From Desulfosudaceae bacterium (GTDB lineage: Bacteria > Desulfobacterota > Desulfobacteria > Desulfobacterales > Desulfosudaceae): a stretch of 64,000 nucleotides of DNA. Position numbers and translations under genes: made by a program. The notes beneath the pieces were generated by a model. That model saw only the letters and a program-made list of their open reading frames with translations. It had not been told where the DNA came from and made no database searches. Positions 1 through 9,588 of the stretch are shown here, one piece after another. Location of the stretch: assembly GCA_963674745.2 (NCBI GenBank), contig CAXXDV010000001.1:1824001-1888000 (forward strand), given 5' to 3'. Numbering within the stretch: position 1 is the first letter of the stretch; each line of letters begins with the position of its first letter.

Positions 1-1073
1 AGGTCTTCTTTAACCGTGGGAAAGGACGCCGCCAGCCGGGAAAGGGGGATGACCCGGTCCGGTCCGATGCCGATCTGGCCCTCATGATCGATATAGATTT
101 TGCTGTCACAGCCGACAACGGCGGTCCTGATTCTGGCGGCACGAACCGCGGTGTTAATGTCACCCACCCGGGCGCCGTCTTCCGATACCGCTACGGCACC
201 GTCTCTCATCAGGGCCATATCCGTGGTCGTTCCACCGATGTCGATCACCAGGGCCGAATCAAGTTGCGAAAAAAATTTCCCGCCGATGGCGCTGGCCGCG
301 GGCCCGGATAATACGGTTTCCACCGGTCGCAAAACAGCTTCGTTCTGGGGCATTAAATACCCGTTACCTTTGACCACCATAAGGGGGGCGGTTATCCGCC
401 GGTCTCTCAAGGCCCGTTGAACGGCGGTGGTGAACTCGTGCATCACCGCCACCAGGGAGGCGTTTAAACAGGCGGTGGAGGCCCTTTTTATGGAATCCAG
501 CCGGGTGGAAAGCTGATGACCCAGGACAATCGGCAGGTCGCATAATTGCGAAATCGTTTCCAGAGCGGCAAGTTCATGAGCCGTGTTCAGCGGACTGAAA
601 TAACTCGATACCGCCAGTGCTTCCAGGTGATCCTTGTTTTCTTTTACCCAGGTAATGATGCCGTCAATGTCAAGCGGCGCCTGCTCTTCCCCCTGGGAGG
701 TGTGACCGCCGTGAAAATAAGCGATTTGTGCTGCCGAAAAGCCGCTGTCAAATTGATAATCGCTGATCAGGTCAGGGTCATAGCCGATAAGGATCAAACC
801 GGTTTTCCGGATTTTCCCTTCAGCCACCGAATTGGTGGCCAGGGTGGATGACATGCCCACCAGCATGATTTTTTCCGGATCATCGATCTTCAGTTTTTCG
901 ATGGCCCTGATAATGCCTCTGGCCAGGTCGCCATGGTCCGTCAGGGTTTTGGCTGAAGAAACAATATTGTGCCCGGCATAATCAAGAAGAACACTGTCCG
1001 TGAACGTTCCGCCCGTGTCGATGCCGAGCAGGTACCCTCCATTGGCCTGGCTATGATTGATACTTGCCATCAT
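1..1073 (-). CDS. Hydantoinase/oxoprolinase family protein (ASKHA fold), 3' end truncated by window edge
   Basis: Not in the ORF track because it runs off the edge. Manual translation from ATG 1073: MMASINHSQANGGYLLGIDTGGTFTDSVLLD...SAKTLTDHGDLARGI...MSSTLATNSVAEGK, which are the typical Hydant_A N-terminal motifs. Confidence 0.85.
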   Translation of the reverse strand, partial: MMASINHSQANGGYLLGIDTGGTFTDSVLLDYAGHNIVSSAKTLTDHGDLARGIIRAIEKLKIDDPEKIMLVGMSSTLATNSVAEGKIRKTGLILIGYDPDLISDYQFDSGFSAAQIAYFHGGHTSQGEEQAPLDIDGIITWVKENKDHLEALAVSSYFSPLNTAHELAALETISQLCDLPIVLGHQLSTRLDSIKRASTACLNASLVAVMHEFTTAVQRALRDRRITAPLMVVKGNGYLMPQNEAVLRPVETVLSGPAASAIGGKFFSQLDSALVIDIGGTTTDMALMRDGAVAVSEDGARVGDINTAVRAARIRTAVVGCDSKIYIDHEGQIGIGPDRVIPLSRLAASFPTVKED

Positions 1074-1105
1074 TCATGTGTCTGTTTGTCTGTTTACCGG
1101 AAACA

Positions 1106-1174
1106 GGGGTCAAGGATCCAAGGGTTCGAGGATTCAAGTGCTTATTTCCCTTGACCCCTTGACCCCTTGAATCC
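1106..1174. repeat. Degenerate 8-mer tandem repeats in inverted arrangement (hairpin-forming)
   Basis: GGGGTCAA GGATCCAA GGGTTCGA GGATTCAA (1106-1137), then TTGACCCC TTGACCCC TTGAATCC (1151-1174). Confidence 0.8.
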
Positions 1175-1181
1175 TATGTTT

Positions 1182-2669
1182 TTATTCCCTTGTAATGCCG
1201 GTCTTGGAGAAATATTCATCTCCTTCGGCCAGGACTTTATTGATGTCTTTTTTGACATCTTCGGGCACCTTGACGATGGGGCCTTCATAGTTGTCAATAA
1301 TGTCTCTGGTCTTTTCAATGATCCGGTCTTTCATGGTCGTACGGCCCTTGGCGTCCCAGTCTTCGTAACTGTTGCGATCCATCAGGGTCGGCCGCCAGTG
1401 ATCCCGGAAATATTTCATGGTGTGGTCTTCATACAGGTAATGACCACCCGGTCCCACGTTGTTGATGACGTCAACGGCCAGGGTCTCTTCGGTAATTTCA
1501 ACACCCTGTTGAATGCACCGGGCCATACCGATGATTTCATCGTCCATGACGGTCTGAAATATATCGCCGGTAATGCCGGATTCGGTGTAGCCGTTATCGT
1601 GAACGAATTCCGCGCCGCTCAACATGGCGGCATGAATGGAAAAGGCGGCTTCAATGGCCGACTGGGTGTCCATGGACTTGGTGTCCGTGCATCCCGAGGT
1701 GGAAAACATGGGCAGTCCCATAAAGTGGGCCACTTCGGTCATGGCGGCGGAAAGAATGCTCAGCTCGGGCGCACCGTATGAGTATACGGATCGGCGCATG
1801 TCCAGAATGGACTGGACGCCGCCCACGATGACGCAGGTGCCGGGGTTGATCAGCTGGGCCACCACCACGCCGACCATAGCTTCGGACAGGCCGACGATAA
1901 TCTGTCCGGCGTGAGAGGCCGGGACCGTGGCGCCGCCGATGCAGCAGGGGGTGTAAACCTGTGGAATCCGGTTCTCGGCGCAGTATACGCATTTATCCAT
2001 GGCGTGAAAATCACTGGTCAGCGGTGAAATCGGTTCGCCGTAATGGATGAAGTTGGGTTTTATGCGAAAGGCGTCTTCGCCGCCGGCCATGATGATTCCG
2101 ATCTTGTGCTCCATGGCACAGGATTCACGGGTAAAGGCCCAGTTCATGATGGGGGTGGTAGTATTTAATATCATGTCGGCGAATTCATAGACCGCCTCCA
2201 TGCCTACCTGGACGTCACTGATGGAACCCAGCGACTGTACGTAACCGATATTGGGCAGGGCGTCGCATACCCGGGCCACCAGGGAGGCGTCTTTTCTGAT
2301 GTAAGGGCGCCGTTCCAGTGTGTCGGTATCAATAAAATTCGGCGGCGTCGGTCCGGGGCCGAAATAGCTGCGGCCGTGTTCGATCCAGATTTTTTTGCTC
2401 TCATCATCGTCCCAGGCGAAAACTTCGGTAAAGGGCGGTGCTGTTGAGAGTGCTTCGGTTATCAGGTGCTGTGGAATCCGCACCCGGTTACCATCTACCA
2501 GGGCCCCGGCCTTTTTTAACAGGTCCCGGGCATATTCATGGTTTACATTGACCCCGGTTGTCAGCAGGGTCCGAAGAACACCATGATAAATCGCCGCTTT
2601 CTGGTCCTCGGACAGGATTGAAAACTGAGGCGTTAAATGAACGGTCATATTGGTTTGCGTGCTTCCCAT
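1182..2669 (-). CDS. Trimethylamine methyltransferase (MttB) superfamily protein, non-pyrrolysine
   Basis: 495 aa. Motifs EPISPL, GGATVPASHAG, LDMRRSVYSYGAPE, GCTDTKSMDTQSAIE, VGPGGHYL; no in-frame TAG. Confidence 0.92.
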   Translation of the reverse strand: MGSTQTNMTVHLTPQFSILSEDQKAAIYHGVLRTLLTTGVNVNHEYARDLLKKAGALVDGNRVRIPQHLITEALSTAPPFTEVFAWDDDESKKIWIEHGRSYFGPGPTPPNFIDTDTLERRPYIRKDASLVARVCDALPNIGYVQSLGSISDVQVGMEAVYEFADMILNTTTPIMNWAFTRESCAMEHKIGIIMAGGEDAFRIKPNFIHYGEPISPLTSDFHAMDKCVYCAENRIPQVYTPCCIGGATVPASHAGQIIVGLSEAMVGVVVAQLINPGTCVIVGGVQSILDMRRSVYSYGAPELSILSAAMTEVAHFMGLPMFSTSGCTDTKSMDTQSAIEAAFSIHAAMLSGAEFVHDNGYTESGITGDIFQTVMDDEIIGMARCIQQGVEITEETLAVDVINNVGPGGHYLYEDHTMKYFRDHWRPTLMDRNSYEDWDAKGRTTMKDRIIEKTRDIIDNYEGPIVKVPEDVKKDINKVLAEGDEYFSKTGITRE

Positions 2670-2743
2670 ATTATCTCCTTATATTGAACTGTTTTTCATA
2701 ACGGCCGGGTTATGCTCGTGTTGACGGCCGTTATCAGACAGGT

Positions 2744-4222
2744 CTATGCGTGGCGTTTTTCAGCCGCGTCGATAATCGCTTTTAATTCCTGTTTGACTTT
2801 GTCGTCCAGGGGCTCGGGTTGGTACTCGGCGATAATCTTGTCGGTTTTTTCATTGATGCGGTCGTTCATGGACTTTGAGCCTTCTTCCGTCCAGGAATCA
2901 AAATCGGCCCGGTCCTGGAGCTGGGGACGGAACCATTCGCCCCAATGGTCGAAGGTATGATCGTGGGTGACAAACTCGCCGCCCGGCCCGACCTCATCGA
3001 TGACCTCCAGCGCCATGTGTTTCTCGTCGGTGCAGATACCTTTACCCATCTGCCGGACCATGCCCATGATTTCTTCGTTCATGACCAGGGCTTCCAGAGA
3101 GGCGTTGGTGCCGCTGTCGATATAGCCGACGTCATGGATCAGGCTGGCGCCGGACAGGTAGGCATAGAACAGGCTGGTGGTAAATTCGATGGCCGCCTGT
3201 TCGTCCACGACCTTGGAATCCGTGCACCCGCCGGTGGAGAACATCAGCAGGCCCAGCCATTTGGAGATATCGGTGTTGGCCGCGGAAGCCAGTGACAGCT
3301 CCGGCGCGCCATAGGAGTAGGTGGTGGTCATCATATCCATGACAGTGGTTACACCGCCCATGATCAGCGGCATGCCCGGTTTTTTGAGGTAGCAAAGGGC
3401 GACGGCCATCAACGTCTCCGCCAGGGACTGAACCAGCATGCCGGCGATGGTGGCCGGTGCGGTGGCGCCTGAACTGGGGCAGGGCGTATACATGGCGGGA
3501 ATCCCTTTTTCCGCCGCAAACAGCAGTTTCTCGATGGCTGTGCGGTCATTTCTCAAGGGAGAGATCGGTTCGATATAGGCCACGAACATGGGGTTGAGCC
3601 GGAATTCTTCTTCTCCCCCGCGAATCACGCAGGCCATTTTCCAGATGTCTTCCAGGCCTTCCCCGTCCACGCTGGTCACAACGTATGGCTTGGTGCAGCC
3701 TTCCAGCAGGGCCATAAACTGATGGCGGTCATAGGTCAGGGGGTTGGGCGCGTCACTGACGATGCCGTGGGACATGAAAAAATCATAGTTGGGCAGGCAG
3801 TCCACAAACTTGCCGGCCATCACGATGTCATCGAAAGTGGTCCGCCGTCGTTGACCGGTTTTGCGGTCATAGGTAAACGGCAGGTCGGAACCGGTGCCGA
3901 ATCCCGCGGAATTTTTCTGCAGCTTAAGGGATCGTTGGCCGTTTCTGCCCATGAGCGTGATTTTTCTGGGATAGGCCTGCAATGCCCGCTCCACCAGGGA
4001 GGTGGGAATGCGCACCCGGTTGCCCCTCACGACCGCGTCGCTGTCTTTGAACAATGCCAGGGCATCATCCTGAAAAATATCAACACCGGTTGACTCCAGC
4101 ACATCCAGGGCCGAAAAATAGATCTGTTCGATCTGATCATCGGACAGCACCCGGAATTGCGGCGTTAACTGTACGGTTTCATTTTGTTTTCTAACAACAT
4201 TAATAGATCGGTATGTGGTCAT
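2744..4222 (-). CDS. Trimethylamine methyltransferase (MttB) superfamily protein, non-pyrrolysine (paralogue)
   Basis: 492 aa. Motifs EPISPL, SGATAPATIAG, MDMMTTTYSYGAPE, GCTDSKVVDEQAAIE, VGPGGEF. Confidence 0.92.
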   Translation of the reverse strand: MTTYRSINVVRKQNETVQLTPQFRVLSDDQIEQIYFSALDVLESTGVDIFQDDALALFKDSDAVVRGNRVRIPTSLVERALQAYPRKITLMGRNGQRSLKLQKNSAGFGTGSDLPFTYDRKTGQRRRTTFDDIVMAGKFVDCLPNYDFFMSHGIVSDAPNPLTYDRHQFMALLEGCTKPYVVTSVDGEGLEDIWKMACVIRGGEEEFRLNPMFVAYIEPISPLRNDRTAIEKLLFAAEKGIPAMYTPCPSSGATAPATIAGMLVQSLAETLMAVALCYLKKPGMPLIMGGVTTVMDMMTTTYSYGAPELSLASAANTDISKWLGLLMFSTGGCTDSKVVDEQAAIEFTTSLFYAYLSGASLIHDVGYIDSGTNASLEALVMNEEIMGMVRQMGKGICTDEKHMALEVIDEVGPGGEFVTHDHTFDHWGEWFRPQLQDRADFDSWTEEGSKSMNDRINEKTDKIIAEYQPEPLDDKVKQELKAIIDAAEKRHA

Positions 4223-4436
4223 AAGAACCTCTTTTCTCTATATCATTAAACCATGATAATGGTGTGTCAGTTGAAGTAATCAGAAAAAAGCAACCAACAA
4301 CGGGGGTATTGAACTAACACAAGTCCATTTATGGTCCGACGTCAAAGTAGAAGTGAACCCCGGCAGGGTTGTACTGCGCTATAAAATAACCTGAACGGTT
4401 AAAAAATCGGACACATGAGAATGTAATGGACGGAAG

Positions 4437-5069
4437 CTAACCCAAAACGGCTCTGGCTTTGTCAACAGAGCTGGCTGCGTTGGCGGCGTACGCGTCGGCG
4501 CCGATTTCTTCAGCGAATTCGGCCGTTACGGGCGCGCCGCCGACCAGGACCTTTACGGTGTCCCGCAGGCCCGCTTCTTTTAAGGCATTAATGGTTTCAC
4601 CCATTTTGGGCATGGTGGTGGTCAGCAGGGCCGACATGCCCAGAAGTTCCGGTTTGTGCTCTTTTACGGCATCAACAAAAGCCTGGGGTTTTAAGTCAAT
4701 ACCAAGATTGACGACCTTGAAACCGGCGCCTTCGAACATCATGCCGACCAGGTTTTTACCGATATCATGAAGATCACCTTCCACGGTTCCAAGTACCAGC
4801 GTACCGGCGCCTTTGGTTTCCGCTTCCGACATAAGCGGCCGCAGAATTTCCATGCCCGCGTGCATGGCCTTGGCGGATCGTAATACTTCCGGAATAAACA
4901 TTTCACCGGATTTGAAACGCTGACCGACAACATTCATGCCCGCCAGCAGGCCTTTTTCCAGTGTGTCCTGGGCGGATGTGCCGCCATCGATCGATTCCTG
5001 AACCAGAGCTGATACGTCATCAATTTTTCCTGCGATTAAAGTTTCGGCTATTTTTCCCAAATCAGCCAT
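4437..5069 (-). CDS. Methyltransferase cognate corrinoid (B12-binding) protein
   Basis: MADLGKIAE start behind AGGAGG. FIPEVL cap domain, GTVEGDLHDIGKNLV (DxHxxG), SALLTTT, GGAPVT. Confidence 0.95.
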   Translation of the reverse strand: MADLGKIAETLIAGKIDDVSALVQESIDGGTSAQDTLEKGLLAGMNVVGQRFKSGEMFIPEVLRSAKAMHAGMEILRPLMSEAETKGAGTLVLGTVEGDLHDIGKNLVGMMFEGAGFKVVNLGIDLKPQAFVDAVKEHKPELLGMSALLTTTMPKMGETINALKEAGLRDTVKVLVGGAPVTAEFAEEIGADAYAANAASSVDKARAVLG

Positions 5070-5230
5070 GAAAATCCTCCTTTTGATTTCAATTAATAAT
5101 ATTATTTTGTTGACGGTATAAAAGGCCGCCACCTGGCTCCTCCCGTACTTTAACGGAAAAAGCGGTTAATAAAGTTATCGGTTAATGTTTAATGATAAAA
5201 TTCGGCCGGACGAATCCGGAGACATTCGGG

Positions 5231-6829
5231 CTAAAAAACAACTTGTGTGACCGACAGGACCAGTTCCTGGCTTTTTAATTTTTCGACGACGGCGTCGGGT
5301 ACCGGCTCTTCGGTCCGGACCAGGATTAAATTTGTGTCCCCGGGCTCTTCTTCCTGCCCCATCATCATTCTGAAAATATTAATTTTTTCATCCCCCAGAA
5401 CAGCACCGATGGTGCCGATATCACCGGGCTTGTTGGCGGTCAGGATAAGCAGGACGGCGTCATAGGGGCTCATGTCCAGCCGAAAGGAGTTGATCCGGAC
5501 AATCCGGGGATAGATTTTGCCCAGGATGGTCCCGCCTACGACTTGCGTTCCCTCGGTAGTGGTTACCCGTACCGTCATTAAATTCACGAAGTCAAAGGGT
5601 TCGGCGCTGGCGGTCTCAGACACCCGTATACCCATTTCCTGGGCAATGGCCGGCGCGTTAACGGCGTTGACCGTGTCGGTAACCAGGGGGTCCAGCAGGC
5701 CGTTGAGCAGGGCCGTGGTGACCGGTTGTAGTTCCAGGCCGTAATAATCGCCGTTGTATTCCACGGAAACCTCTTTTAATTGGCCATCGATAATCTGGGC
5801 CTGGAGCCGGCCGATACGCTCGGCCAGTTCGAGGAAAGGCTTGAGCTTGGTAAGCTTTTCGCCGGTGACCGAAGGCGCGTTGACCGCGTTGATGACGGTG
5901 CCGTCTTTTAACAAGGCGACGATCTGGTTGGCCACGTCCACCGCCACATTGGTCTGGGCCTCTTTGGTGGAAGCACCCAGGTGGGGGGTGCAGATCAGGT
6001 TGTCGAATTCAAGCAGCTGGCATTCACAGGGTGGTTCATTGGCAAATACGTCCAGCGCGGCGCCGCCGACTTTTCCGGATTTAAGGGCGTCACACAAGTC
6101 CGCCTCTTCAATAATGCCGCCCCTGGCACAATTGATAATCATGACGCCGTCCTTCATTTGCGCAAAAGCATCTTTGTTCAGCATGCCGATGGTCTTTTTG
6201 ATTTTGGGGACATGCACCGTGATGTAGTCCGCTTGTTTGTAAAGGTCTTCCGGCGTGTTTACACTTTCAAAGCCGTCCTTTTCAATCCGCTCGGGATTGA
6301 CGGCGGGGTCGTAAACGATTACCCGCATCTTCAGGCCGCGGGCCCGGTCGGCCACGATGGATCCGATTTTGCCGAAACCCAGGAGCCCCAGGGTTTTACC
6401 CATTAGTTCCCGGCCCTGGAGTTTTTTCTTGTCCCAGCGGCCGGCTCTTAATGATGCCGTCCCTTGGGGGATATTGCGTGACAGGGCCATCATCATGGCA
6501 ATGGCGTGCTCGGCAGTGGTAACGGTGTTGCCTGTGGGCGTGTTCATGACCACCACCCCTTTTTGGGTAGCGGCCGGGATGTCCACGTTGTCCAGGCCGA
6601 TACCGGCCCGGCCTACCACCATCAGGTTTTCGGCGGCTTCCAGCAATTCGGCCGTTACTTTAGTGGCGCTCCTGATTACCAGGGCATGATACGGCTGGAT
6701 CTCTTCCAGCAGTTCTTCAGGTGTTAAATCGGTATGCACATCAACTTCAATTCCCGGTTCATCTTCAAATATTTTGATCCCGGCTTCTCCCAGCTTATCG
6801 CTGACCAACACTTTGAATGTTTCTCCCAT
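5231..6829 (-). CDS. serA: D-3-phosphoglycerate dehydrogenase
   Basis: IRSATKVT, GRAGIGLDNVD, GFGKIG, INCARGG, TPHLGAST; C-terminal ASB/ACT region. Confidence 0.95.
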   Translation of the reverse strand: MGETFKVLVSDKLGEAGIKIFEDEPGIEVDVHTDLTPEELLEEIQPYHALVIRSATKVTAELLEAAENLMVVGRAGIGLDNVDIPAATQKGVVVMNTPTGNTVTTAEHAIAMMMALSRNIPQGTASLRAGRWDKKKLQGRELMGKTLGLLGFGKIGSIVADRARGLKMRVIVYDPAVNPERIEKDGFESVNTPEDLYKQADYITVHVPKIKKTIGMLNKDAFAQMKDGVMIINCARGGIIEEADLCDALKSGKVGGAALDVFANEPPCECQLLEFDNLICTPHLGASTKEAQTNVAVDVANQIVALLKDGTVINAVNAPSVTGEKLTKLKPFLELAERIGRLQAQIIDGQLKEVSVEYNGDYYGLELQPVTTALLNGLLDPLVTDTVNAVNAPAIAQEMGIRVSETASAEPFDFVNLMTVRVTTTEGTQVVGGTILGKIYPRIVRINSFRLDMSPYDAVLLILTANKPGDIGTIGAVLGDEKINIFRMMMGQEEEPGDTNLILVRTEEPVPDAVVEKLKSQELVLSVTQVVF

Positions 6830-6855
6830 CGGTCTGTCCTCTCCTTCTCCACAAG

Positions 6856-7686
6856 CTATTTTTGAAAATGCATCAACGCCCAGTTCAAATATCCTTTATT
6901 GCCGCCATCTACCCAGCGACGGAGACCGGTCATCATATTGTCCAGGTATTCTTTGCTGACGATTTTTTGCATTTCGTCGTACCGGCTTTCCAGTTCCCTG
7001 TAGACGCGGTCATAATGCATGGGCAGGTATTCGGCCAGGTCAATAACATTAATTTCTGTCAGGTTGTTTTCTTTCGCCAGTTGGCGGTAAAGTTTGACTG
7101 ATCCCAGAGAGTCAAGATTGATTCTTGTCAGAATGGCGTCTAAAACACCGTCCGGGCAATCGTCTGCCTGCATGGGGTCGGTGAAAACAAAATGCCCGTC
7201 TTTTTTTAACACCCGGGCAACTTCACGGATAACCGTTTCTTTTTCTCCGCTGTGCAGGATGGCGTCTTCGGACCAGACCACCTCAAAAGATTCATCTTCA
7301 AACGGCAGGTTTTCAAAATTACCGTCAATCACCTCGATCAGGTTCGCCACGCCCTGTTCGGCGTTCATCTTACGGTTGCGTTCATTCTCTTTTTCACTGA
7401 GGTTCAAACAGGTTATCGGGCAGCCATAGGTCTTGGCCAGAAAACGGGCCGACCCCCCGAAGCCTGCTCCGACATCCAGCACGTGGGTTTTTTCGTTCAA
7501 TTGCACCTGTTCGGACATTGTCTGAACGGTTCGTCGGCTGGCGTCAAAAATGGGCTCATCCGGGTTCTCGTATATTCCCAGGTGCAGATCCTCTCCACCC
7601 CAGACGTGGAAATAAAAGGCATCGGCATCCTGACTGTCGTAATAATTTTTTGCCTGTTGAACTACTTCCGAGTACTGATCATTCAT
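6856..7686 (-). CDS. Sarcosine/dimethylglycine N-methyltransferase (SAM-dependent, betaine synthesis type)
   Basis: Start reassigned to MNDQYSEVV (7686). YYDSQDADAFYFHVWGGEDLHLG, VLDVGAGFGG, WSEDAILHS, FTDPMQADDCPDGVL...INLDSLGS resemble SDMT enzymes of halophiles. Confidence 0.8.
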   Translation of the reverse strand: MNDQYSEVVQQAKNYYDSQDADAFYFHVWGGEDLHLGIYENPDEPIFDASRRTVQTMSEQVQLNEKTHVLDVGAGFGGSARFLAKTYGCPITCLNLSEKENERNRKMNAEQGVANLIEVIDGNFENLPFEDESFEVVWSEDAILHSGEKETVIREVARVLKKDGHFVFTDPMQADDCPDGVLDAILTRINLDSLGSVKLYRQLAKENNLTEINVIDLAEYLPMHYDRVYRELESRYDEMQKIVSKEYLDNMMTGLRRWVDGGNKGYLNWALMHFQK

Positions 7687-7736
7687 CGTATTAATTTCCT
7701 TTCTTCCGGTTTTTTGTCCATTAGAAAGCGCAAGAG

Positions 7737-9083
7737 CTATCTGCCGGATGTTTTTTTGTCGCTGAAAACAAGTCCGGTCAGCAATTTGGGGTAATAAAAC
7801 GTGGTTTTTCTGGGCATGATTTCGCCCTGAGCGGCTACCGCCTGAACCTGTTCGTTGCGGGTCGGATTCAAGAAAAACGCAATCCGGCATTTTCCGGAAA
7901 CGGCGGCATCAACGGCTTCGTGGAAATTGCTGGTATAGTCGATGACTTCTTCTTCATCCAGCTCTGTCTGGCTGTAACCGAAGATCTTTTTCAAGATCAA
8001 TTGTGATAAAATGGTGACATCAAGAGGGCGTAACGCTTTAGGGGTGCTCTGGTCAAACGCGGTTTCCATGGCCTGCGGGCGCAAGGTCAACAGATAGAAT
8101 ACCGGCCGGTCGTGGGCGACAGCGCCAAAAGCGTTTTTAAGCAAATTGTTTTGCAGGTCGTTTTTGAGCTGATTTTCCGCTTTTTCCCGGTCGGCCGGGT
8201 CAAAAGGGATTTCTTTAATGTCAAAATATTCGGCGGCCTGTTTGACCCATGCGGACCCTGAAAGCAACGACTCATTGACCTTCAAGAGCAAACGATGCGT
8301 GGGCAGAATCAGCAGGCCCGGGTCCGAAGTGCTGCTCAGGCTCATCATGATATAATTGGCAGGATGGTCTTCTGAAAAATCAGGGTCGTTTTGCGCTACC
8401 CAGGCACGGTAGTTGAGCCCGGTTTCATAGCGATGGTGACCGTCCGCGATATAAAGCTGTTTATCTTTTAAAAACGCTGTCACACGCTCGATCGCCCGGC
8501 TGTCGGTCACGCGCCACAACCGGTGATGCTCGCCGGCATCATCGATCAGGTCGATATCGGGCCGGTTTTCCCCGACCGCGTCAACCAGTGTGTTGATGAC
8601 CTGTTGTTCCGGATCCGTGTACAGTGAAAATATCTGGCAGAAATTGGCACCAGCGGCTTTGAGCAGGTTGAGACGGTCGTTTTTCACTTTGGAGGATGTC
8701 CGTTCGTGAGGGAGAACAACTTTTTTTTCAAACGGTTCCAGCCGGACATAAGCGATGAATCCGTAACGTGTGAACTTGTTCTCCTCGATTGTGAAATCCA
8801 ACGATGTCAGGTAGATGGCAGGTTCACTGTCTGCTACCAGTGTCCCGTTTGTCAGCCAGTCGCGGAATTGTTCGGCGGAAGATTGATAAAATTTTGAATT
8901 GTCTTTGGATTCGTCTCCAGGTGGGCATAAAATCAGCCGTACCACATTCTGGGGGTGTCGGTCGCGCAGGGTTGCATTCTCCTCATGGCAAATAACGTCA
9001 TAAGGAGGTGCCACGACTTGTGAAAAGTCGGTAATTTTGCTTTTATTATACAATATACCCTTAAACGGTATAACCAGTGCCAT
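7737..9083 (-). CDS. DUF1015 family protein
   Basis: APPYDVI, VLPHERT, YIADGHHRYET, ILPTHR, MPRKTTFYYPKLLTGL; the family is usually linked to serA/serC. Confidence 0.88.
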   Translation of the reverse strand: MALVIPFKGILYNKSKITDFSQVVAPPYDVICHEENATLRDRHPQNVVRLILCPPGDESKDNSKFYQSSAEQFRDWLTNGTLVADSEPAIYLTSLDFTIEENKFTRYGFIAYVRLEPFEKKVVLPHERTSSKVKNDRLNLLKAAGANFCQIFSLYTDPEQQVINTLVDAVGENRPDIDLIDDAGEHHRLWRVTDSRAIERVTAFLKDKQLYIADGHHRYETGLNYRAWVAQNDPDFSEDHPANYIMMSLSSTSDPGLLILPTHRLLLKVNESLLSGSAWVKQAAEYFDIKEIPFDPADREKAENQLKNDLQNNLLKNAFGAVAHDRPVFYLLTLRPQAMETAFDQSTPKALRPLDVTILSQLILKKIFGYSQTELDEEEVIDYTSNFHEAVDAAVSGKCRIAFFLNPTRNEQVQAVAAQGEIMPRKTTFYYPKLLTGLVFSDKKTSGR

Positions 9084-9588
9084 ACAACAACCTTTATCCT
9101 TTTCGGATTTTGTTTTAGATATTTTTTAAAAACGTCATTTCCATTCAAAATGCCGTGCATTTACTCTAAGATCCGGCTTGATCCGCTGTTAAAATATATT
9201 TTATTTACTGAATCCAGGTTTTTACCAGAAAATGATGAGCGATTTTCGTTTTTCTCGAACCCACTAGATAAAGATATCTAGCATAATTGATTTACTATTG
9301 CAAGAGCAAGATGGAAAAAATTGAATAGTGTTTAAAAACAAATAGTTATTGTTTTCTACCGGCCGTAGCGGAAATTATTTTTCAAATTGACGGCCCGTAA
9401 AATCTTGTGCTTTTTTGCGGGATACGGTCCTGAGCAGCTATCAGTAGATTGATTAGTAATTCGGCTTTGACAAAACAGGTCACCGGGAATATACTTTATA
9501 TTAAATCATGATATTTAACAGTTGTTTAAACCCGACCGCATGGCCGGGCAAATGCGTTTTCGTAAAAAATAGCCATTCAGCCTGCGGA

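Noticed and set aside
1182..4222. Pyrrolysine-containing trimethylamine methyltransferases
   Set aside because: Both ORFs are full length with no in-frame TAG, and no pyl genes are visible in the window.
7687..7890. N-terminal extension of the methyltransferase ORF in the track
   Set aside because: It overlaps the DUF1015 gene; family similarity and an RBS-like AAGGA point to ATG 7686.
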